Assembly: GCA_043734285.1 (NCBI GenBank)
Contig: JAYTFP010000017.1
Span: 1-41,800, forward strand
Origin: Acidimicrobiaceae bacterium
GTDB taxonomy: Bacteria > Actinomycetota > Acidimicrobiia > Acidimicrobiales > Microtrichaceae
Reading direction: 5' to 3'
Length of the DNA stretch: 41,800 bases
Numbering within the stretch: the first letter of the stretch is position 1; every line of letters begins with the position of its first letter. The notes below the pieces were generated by a model, which saw nothing but the letters and a program-made list of their open reading frames with translations, did not search any database and was not told the DNA's origin. Below are positions 36,336-41,800 of the stretch, piece after piece. The position numbers and the translations under genes were made by a program.

Positions 36336-37742
36336 ATGGGTGCGAGGAGGGGGTTCGCCCTCGCGGTGGCGGCCACGTTCGTCGTGGGGAGCCTCTCGGC
36401 GTGTTCGAACACGTCGACGAAGGCGTCGAACGCGACCAGTGGGGCGACGGTCCGCATCGTCAGCCAGAACATCCTCCACGGCATCGATTGCGAGCCTGAG
36501 ACGCACCGCTGCGAACTCGTCGCTCGGGTCGAGTTGTTCGTCCGCCAGCTGGCCGACGCCGGTTGCCCCGACATCGTCGGGATGCAGGAGACGAACGGCG
36601 ACATCACCGCGGCGTTGCGCACGGCCCTGCCGACCGCCTGCTCGGGTCGCTACCACCTGGTCAGCGACGGCGACGCGGGACTCGACCGCGAGATCGTGCT
36701 GACCACCGGCAAGGTGCTGGGCTCGAAACGCGTGCGCCTCGCGGGGCCGTTGCGCACGGTGCTGTACGTACGCGTCGCGACCGCGGTCGGTCTCGTCGAC
36801 GTGATCACCACACATCTCGCGAGCGGCAGCGACGACCGGCCGTGCGACTCGACCACGTGTCCTGCTCCGTGCCATCCCGACGACATGCTGAACGCTTGCC
36901 AGGCGCGCGAGGTTGCGGCGTTGTCGAAGGAGCTCGCCGATCCTCACGCCGTGCTCGTCGTCGCGGGCGACCTCAACGCGAAGGTCGACGAGCCGACCAA
37001 TCGGGTGCTGCGCGACGCCGGTCTCGTCGACACGCACCTGTCTGCGGGCAACACCGAGTGCAATGCGGTGACGGGTGAACAGTGCACCTCCGGGCGGGTC
37101 GACACCGATCTCACCGACCTGACGAATCCGGCCTCACGGCAGAACGAGCGGATCGACTTCGTCTACGTCGGCGGTTCGCGGGCGTGCCACACCGTGCGAC
37201 CGACCGGTCTGTTCAATTCGGTCGGTGCGGTGAACGGGCCGAAGGGGCTGGTGTTCCCGTCGGATCACACCGCGGTGCAGGCGACCCTGTCATGCGCGAC
37301 CTCGGCGACCGATCGCTCAGCCGCCGCATCGGCGACGGTGACGACGACTGCGACGTCGACGACGGTCGCGGCCACCGCTGACGCGGCGACGACCGCCGCC
37401 ATCACGACCGCGTTCTCGACGCTGTTCGGTGGTGCGGTCAGCGACATCGAGCAGAAGCTCGGGGCCCTCGAGGACTCTTCGTTGTTGCGCTCGTCGTTTC
37501 TCGACTCGTACGCGGCCACCAGAGCGGTGGCGGAGCGGATCGTCGTGCGCATCGACGGCATCAGCGTCGTCGATGCGACGCACGCGAACGTCACCTACAC
37601 GCTCTTGCTCGATGGGACGCCGGTGCTCGACCACCTCCCCGGTGCCGCGGTGCGCGTCGGGGGGAAGTGGCTCGTTTCGAAGCGCACCTACTGCGAGGTG
37701 AGCACGCAAGGAGCGAAGGTCATTCCCGAGCCCTGCCGCTGA
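36336..37742 (+). CDS. Lipoprotein of the endonuclease/exonuclease/phosphatase (EEP) family with an extra C-terminal domain
   Basis: The lipobox is VGSLSAC. EEP motifs are IVSQNILHG, GMQE, GDLN and PSDH. A Thr/Ala linker leads to a C-terminal domain of about 120 aa. Confidence 0.78.
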   Translation: MGARRGFALAVAATFVVGSLSACSNTSTKASNATSGATVRIVSQNILHGIDCEPETHRCELVARVELFVRQLADAGCPDIVGMQETNGDITAALRTALPTACSGRYHLVSDGDAGLDREIVLTTGKVLGSKRVRLAGPLRTVLYVRVATAVGLVDVITTHLASGSDDRPCDSTTCPAPCHPDDMLNACQAREVAALSKELADPHAVLVVAGDLNAKVDEPTNRVLRDAGLVDTHLSAGNTECNAVTGEQCTSGRVDTDLTDLTNPASRQNERIDFVYVGGSRACHTVRPTGLFNSVGAVNGPKGLVFPSDHTAVQATLSCATSATDRSAAASATVTTTATSTTVAATADAATTAAITTAFSTLFGGAVSDIEQKLGALEDSSLLRSSFLDSYAATRAVAERIVVRIDGISVVDATHANVTYTLLLDGTPVLDHLPGAAVRVGGKWLVSKRTYCEVSTQGAKVIPEPCR

Positions 37743-37946
37743 CAGCCGAGCCAGGGGCCGGCGATCGGCGAGCCGTCGACGAAGCGCCAGATGGTCGGTT
37801 TACGGTGTTCAGGGTCCGCACGGTATCCTCTCCCCGAGTCGGTAGAACCCCCAGCACTCGGGCAGCCGGTTGTCACCGCTGCCATGGGGAGTCTCGAAGT
37901 GTCTGGTTATTTCACCGCGGTTCGTATCGAACCGCGCACTACAACT

Positions 37947-38753
37947 GTGAGGTCGCGCACGCCGCGACTTCGGCGGTCACTTTCTGCCGTGTTGCTGGTC
38001 TCGGCAATGGCGTTGTCGTCATGCGGCGGCCAAGCGGCGGCCGCCGATGCCGCCGCGGTCCCGGCGACGATCCCGTCGAGCGCGACGCCCGCGTCCGGGG
38101 ACGCCGCGCTCAAGTTCTGCGATGCGCTGGTGTCGGCGTCGGGCGGCTATGCGCACCTGATGGCGATGGAGGAGTTGGCGCCGGATGATCTGGCGAAAGC
38201 CGGCGACAAGTTGAGCGCGGCAGTGAAGTCAGCTCCGGCCGACATCGCATCCGCCGCCTCGACCGTTGCGCAGAACACCCTTCAGCAGACGCATGGTGTG
38301 TCGTGGGGCGCCGGTTCCGGCTTCGTCGATGCGGCGACGTCGCTCGTCTCGTGGATGAAGGCGCACTGCGGCTTTCGTGCGCTGGCGTTGAGTGGGACCG
38401 ACACGCTGCTCGACGGGGTTCCCGCGACGCTGAGCGCGGGACCGTTGGCCATCACGTTCGACAACCACGGATCCTTCATGCCGATCGTCATGGTCGGCAG
38501 GATCAACGACGACGTACACGAAACCGCTGAGCAGATCGCCAAGACGAGCACCGATCCGGCGACGGCTCACGACGACAAGGGCTCGAGAGCATTGCTGTTC
38601 CGCAAGGTCACGATGACGGGGGCGGTGTCCGCCGATGCGAAGGCGCGGGGCTTCGGCTTCGTCGACCTGAAGCCGGGCCGTTACCTCTTCGTGCTGTCCG
38701 ACTTCCGCAAGGCCGAAGTCGTGCTGTCCGCACTCGAGGTGCTCGTCTCCTGA
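37947..38753 (+). CDS. Hypothetical lipoprotein
   Basis: GTG 37947 gives VRSRTPRLRRSLSAVLLVSAMALSSCGG, with lipobox LSSC. GC3 is low upstream of 37947, although the listed ORF starts at 37791. Confidence 0.58.
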   Translation: MRSRTPRLRRSLSAVLLVSAMALSSCGGQAAAADAAAVPATIPSSATPASGDAALKFCDALVSASGGYAHLMAMEELAPDDLAKAGDKLSAAVKSAPADIASAASTVAQNTLQQTHGVSWGAGSGFVDAATSLVSWMKAHCGFRALALSGTDTLLDGVPATLSAGPLAITFDNHGSFMPIVMVGRINDDVHETAEQIAKTSTDPATAHDDKGSRALLFRKVTMTGAVSADAKARGFGFVDLKPGRYLFVLSDFRKAEVVLSALEVLVS

Positions 38754-38756
38754 GGG

Positions 38757-40148
38757 TCAGGCGACGAGGGCAAGTCGGCGCTTCTCGCGCTCGAGTCGGG
38801 CGACGATGTGTCGAACATCGGCTCGTCGACGCTCGCGTTCGCGACCGCGCCATTGCTGGTCGTCGGTGTGCGGCGTGCCATCGGGTCGCGTGATCGTGAC
38901 GTCGGGTGGTGTGCCGCTCATCGTCCAGCCGTGATCGTGGATCTCGTGATGATGGAAGGTGCACTCGAGCGCGTTGTTGTCGGCATCGGTGAGCCCGCCG
39001 TCGTCCCAGAACTGGATGTGGTGCGACTGCGACCACACTGGTGGGGCGTCGCACCAGGCGAATCGACAGTGGCGATCGCGATGGGCGAGGAACCGTCGCA
39101 GGATCGGCGGTGCGAGGCGCCGTGTACGACCGAACGACAGCGGCTGGCCGTCAGTGGTGAAGATCGGGGTGACATCGCCGTCGACCATCAGCTTCCAGAG
39201 GGTGTCGTCGGTGAGGTCGAGGTTCGATTCGGTGTGTGCGGTGTCGGGCACGCGCCCGTTGAGGTCGTCGAGGTCGATGTGCAGGAACAAACCGACTCGA
39301 CCGGGCTTTGTCGAGGCGGCACCATCGCGAAGCAACGACATGAGCGCTTCGGCCGCGAGCTCGGACGCCAAGCGACGGGGTAACGGGTCATTGGAGGGCG
39401 CGGCTGACTCGCCGGCGTTCCTCGCTGCGGCTCGCCGGCAGGCCTCGCGCTCATCGAGAAAGGTACGGAACAGCACGCCGTCGTCGGCGGACAAGTCGCC
39501 CGTCAGCGCGTGCCGGCCGTTGAACAACTTCGACAGCCAGACGCGCGAGGGCTCACCGCTGCGATCGGGCGCGCCGTCCTGATCGAGGCGAGCCCGCACG
39601 TGGTTGCAGAATCGCTCGAACTCATCGACCGTGGTCGACCGAGCGGTGCGCAACAGCGTCGGCATCAACTCTTCGAGCAGCTCGATCGCGCTCGCGAGTT
39701 CGGCGCCGACCATGCGAGCGGGGATGATCCCAGCCAATGCGTCGACATGGCCCGGGGCGATCTCGCCGATGGTGAGGGTCTCCTCGACGCTCGGGAATCG
39801 CTCCAGGGTCTGCGCGCCGCGGCACCACGCGCCGGCCTCGCGGTGCGACACGCCGACGTGACGTGCCAGCCACACCCGCGAGGTTCGTTCTGCGTCAGCG
39901 CGGTGGACCCGGAGCTGCTCGACCGCACCAGCAGCCGACATCGCGGCGGCGGTCACCGCGTGATGTGCTCGAGCGGTCGCGAGCGCCAACTGCCGGGCGA
40001 GATCGACGCGCTCGGGTGAGCGAACGCTGTCGGCCCGCCACGAGTCGAGCGCATTCGTCAGAGCAGCGGGCACCGCCTCTGCCGCGTCGGCCAACGCGTT
40101 GAGCCGCTCGATCTCCCCTCGGATGATCTCGTCAGCGCGGCTCGCCAT
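38757..40148 (-). CDS. DUF222-HNH endonuclease (13E12-repeat-type protein)
   Basis: It has a long helical DUF222-like N-terminus and a C-terminal HNH motif (HHIQFWDDGGLTDADNNALECTFHHHEIH). The -10-like TAGATT lies 6 nt before ATG 40148. Confidence 0.86.
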   Translation of the reverse strand: MASRADEIIRGEIERLNALADAAEAVPAALTNALDSWRADSVRSPERVDLARQLALATARAHHAVTAAAMSAAGAVEQLRVHRADAERTSRVWLARHVGVSHREAGAWCRGAQTLERFPSVEETLTIGEIAPGHVDALAGIIPARMVGAELASAIELLEELMPTLLRTARSTTVDEFERFCNHVRARLDQDGAPDRSGEPSRVWLSKLFNGRHALTGDLSADDGVLFRTFLDEREACRRAAARNAGESAAPSNDPLPRRLASELAAEALMSLLRDGAASTKPGRVGLFLHIDLDDLNGRVPDTAHTESNLDLTDDTLWKLMVDGDVTPIFTTDGQPLSFGRTRRLAPPILRRFLAHRDRHCRFAWCDAPPVWSQSHHIQFWDDGGLTDADNNALECTFHHHEIHDHGWTMSGTPPDVTITRPDGTPHTDDQQWRGRERERRRADVRHIVARLEREKRRLALVA

Positions 40149-40157
40149 GAGATCAAT

Positions 40158-40991
40158 CTATCGAACATACGTTCGGTAGGCAAGAGAACGGGAGAGCTCA
40201 GCGTACCAACGCGTCACCCGACGTCGAAGGGTCGACAAGTCGCCTCGAACACCCGTATCGGGCCCTCGTGCCAGTGAACAAGATCGGGAGCCGCGTACTC
40301 GGACGTGCCCCCAGCAGAGTTGGTGGTGGCCGGGCGCGACGGTTGTCTGAAATGTCACCCCGCCAGCGGCCGGCCCGTATCGATCCCTCAGGTCGGGGCG
40401 ATCCACGTAGTGCCCGTCGCCCTCAACTCCTTGCCCGTCGATGAGGGGATAGACCTGCGTCGGCGTTGTCTGCGGAAGGTCAGTGGAGAGCGAGTAGAAG
40501 TCGCCCGGCCAGCTGTACCAACCGGTGAACGACACGGCGGTCCCTTCGATCGTGAAGCTGTCGACGCCCCAGTTGTCATGCTGGTCGAACGGGACGATCA
40601 GGGCTTTGCAGTCCAGGGGTTTCGTGCGACTCGCCGCGTGGTGCACCGGGACGACATCGACGCAGATGTTGTAGATGCCCCGATTCCAACCGTGCGCTTG
40701 GTAGCCGACGGGCCAGTTCGATCCGAGGAACAGGCCCTTGCCACACACCTTCTGTCGCACGATCTCCCAGCCGTTCGCCATGACCACGGCGTCCATGCAG
40801 TCGGTGGGTCGGAAGTTCTTACGGACGGTGCTGCCGAACGACGCGCCGAACATGACGTTCAGCCTGCTTGCGTACGCTTCCCCAACGTGTGCCTCATGGC
40901 CCCACTTGTTGACGTTGCACCCCGTGCACAAGGTCACCAGCAGCAAGATCGACAGCACCGCGCCCGCCGAGGTCCGAGTGTGACCGGTCAT
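40158..40991 (-). CDS. Secreted or lipid-anchored hypothetical protein; 3' end probably frameshifted
   Basis: ATG 40991 gives MTGHTRTSAGAVLSILLLVTLCTGC. GC3 is strong until about 40340. The annotated frame then becomes Arg-rich with low GC3, while the +1 frame carries the coding signal to TGA 40214-40216. Confidence 0.5.
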   Translation of the reverse strand: MTGHTRTSAGAVLSILLLVTLCTGCNVNKWGHEAHVGEAYASRLNVMFGASFGSTVRKNFRPTDCMDAVVMANGWEIVRQKVCGKGLFLGSNWPVGYQAHGWNRGIYNICVDVVPVHHAASRTKPLDCKALIVPFDQHDNWGVDSFTIEGTAVSFTGWYSWPGDFYSLSTDLPQTTPTQVYPLIDGQGVEGDGHYVDRPDLRDRYGPAAGGVTFQTTVAPGHHQLCWGHVRVRGSRSCSLARGPDTGVRGDLSTLRRRVTRWYAELSRSLAYRTYVR

Positions 40992-41091
40992 CGCTTCGGC
41001 GCTGCGCGGCCCGGGTAGAGGCGCAACCTCACGCGACTCCTGGTGGCGGCCATGCTCCCAGTCTGGAGCTTTCGACGTGCAGCATGTCCCC

Positions 41092-41122
41092 GAAAACGAC
41101 GAAACCCCCGCCGCAGCGGGGG
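41092..41122 (-). terminator. Intrinsic terminator (minus strand) just after the tRNA remnant
   Basis: The minus strand reads CCCCCGC-TGCG-GCGGGGG followed by TTTCGTCGTTTTC. The stem is at 41105-41111 / 41116-41122. Confidence 0.65.
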
Positions 41123-41130
41123 CTTCGTAC

Positions 41131-41174
41131 GGTGCGCTCGGAGGAACTTGAATCCCCAACCTTCTGATCCGTAG
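41131..41174 (-). pseudogene. 3' half of a tRNA-Arg(ACG) (anticodon loop to discriminator); candidate att core
   Basis: The minus strand reads CTACGGA-TCAGA-AGGTT-GGGGA-TTCAAGT-TCCTC-CGAGCGC-A. This is exact tRNA geometry for positions 32-73. The upstream sequence cannot form the 5' anticodon stem, the D arm or the GCGCTCG acceptor strand. Confidence 0.6.
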
Positions 41175-41692
41175 GGCTGGCGAAGGGGGTGCAGCTGGGG
41201 GTGACGGATGTCGAAGAGTCCCATGTTTTCAGGGGTTTCGAGGCCTCCGCTCGACGCCGGGGTACGCCGTGGGACGAGCCGGTAAGCAGCAGATTGATAC
41301 ATTCCTGATACCGATGCGCTCGTCGTCGGCGTGTCGACCGGCCGGTCCATGGTCGCTCGGTTCGAACATGAGCCTGAGGAGCATCGGTTCATAAGGATCG
41401 GCGCAGTTTCCGAGCCTGCCGGCGAATCCTGCGCCTGCGTAGCCAACGTCGAAGGCGTGAGCGGATCGTCGGAGGCCAGGGTTGGTAGGACACGGGCCCG
41501 TCGTCGTTTGGACCGGCCGAAGGCATCTGCGAAGCATCGCTGGTGTCGCCGAGAATGTCTCCGCACCTTCCGTGATCGAGAGATGAACTCTCGGAGTGGG
41601 GGTTCGCGTCGGTGGGAGATTTGCACGATCCCCTACCAACCTCTGGCGGCTCGTAGCGTGAAGTCGGGGACCCGTCAGTCTGTACCCAAAAC

Positions 41693-41800
41693 CTAGCGAC
41701 CCGGCTCGACCTCGACCTCGATCTTCTCTGCCCGTAGCCCAGTTGCGACGTTCCGCAGAACGCGGTCACGGGTGTCCGCCGAGATCGGCTCATCCTCGAA
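41693..41800 (-). CDS. 3' end of an unidentified CDS that continues beyond the right edge
   Basis: The frame is open from the window edge: FEDEPISADTRDRVLRNVATGLRAEKIEVEVEPGR followed by TAG (41695-41693). GC3 is high. It is too short for the ORF track, and I recognise no family. Confidence 0.3.
   Translation of the reverse strand, partial: FEDEPISADTRDRVLRNVATGLRAEKIEVEVEPGR

Noticed and set aside
36240-37037. 265-aa minus-strand ORF opposite the EEP lipoprotein gene
   Set aside because: It is antisense to a gene with a lipobox and all EEP motifs, and its translation is Arg/Asp/Val-rich with no signature.
41131-41560. A complete tRNA, or a tmRNA, ending at 41131 on the minus strand
   Set aside because: The required 5' acceptor strand GCGCTCG (CGAGCGC on the plus strand) does not occur in 41175-41700. 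The five bases preceding the anticodon loop cannot pair with TCAGA. There is no tmRNA-like GGGG 5' end or tag reading frame.

Overview
High-GC actinobacterial chromosome segment centred on the replication origin. Bases 1-22.5 kb are the canonical oriC-proximal block, in the same order as Mycobacterium and Streptomyces. On the plus strand: DUF6049-like gene, Ser/Thr kinase, ECF sigma plus putative anti-sigma, small membrane protein, trxB, trxA, cwlM-like. On the minus strand: parB, parA, rsmG, jag, yidC, yidD, rnpA, rpmH (rpmH is missing from the ORF track and was found by hand). On the plus strand again: dnaA, dnaN, recF, DUF721/dciA, gyrB, gyrA, TadE-like, DUF3566, tRNA-Ile(GAT). DnaA-box clusters sit upstream of dnaA, in the 223-bp dnaA-dnaN spacer (probable compact oriC), upstream of gyrB and downstream of parB. 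A parS-like perfect palindrome sits at the 5' edge of parA. From about 22.5 kb the window is accessory. It holds a FliA/WhiG-type sigma factor and a tightly coupled DUF1295 / IMPase-family / mycothiol-type DinB operon. It also holds a run of envelope genes: DUF4395, omega-amidase-like C-N hydrolase, DUF4012, a Ser/Thr-rich LAxTG surface protein, a glycosyltransferase-like/Zn-ribbon/SAM-methyltransferase fusion, and several secreted proteins and lipoproteins. The right end carries pirin, a DUF222-HNH (13E12-type) gene, and an orphan 3' half of a tRNA-Arg(ACG) with its own terminator. That remnant looks like the distal junction of an integrated element extending beyond the right edge. I see no CRISPR array, rRNA, transposase or recognisable defence system. 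The best candidates for something new are hypotheses: the att scar, the envelope glycan-display module, the kinase-ECF coupling, and the origin-region protein-binding sites. All family names come from motif recognition by eye and from synteny; no searches were run. Many start codons are uncertain.
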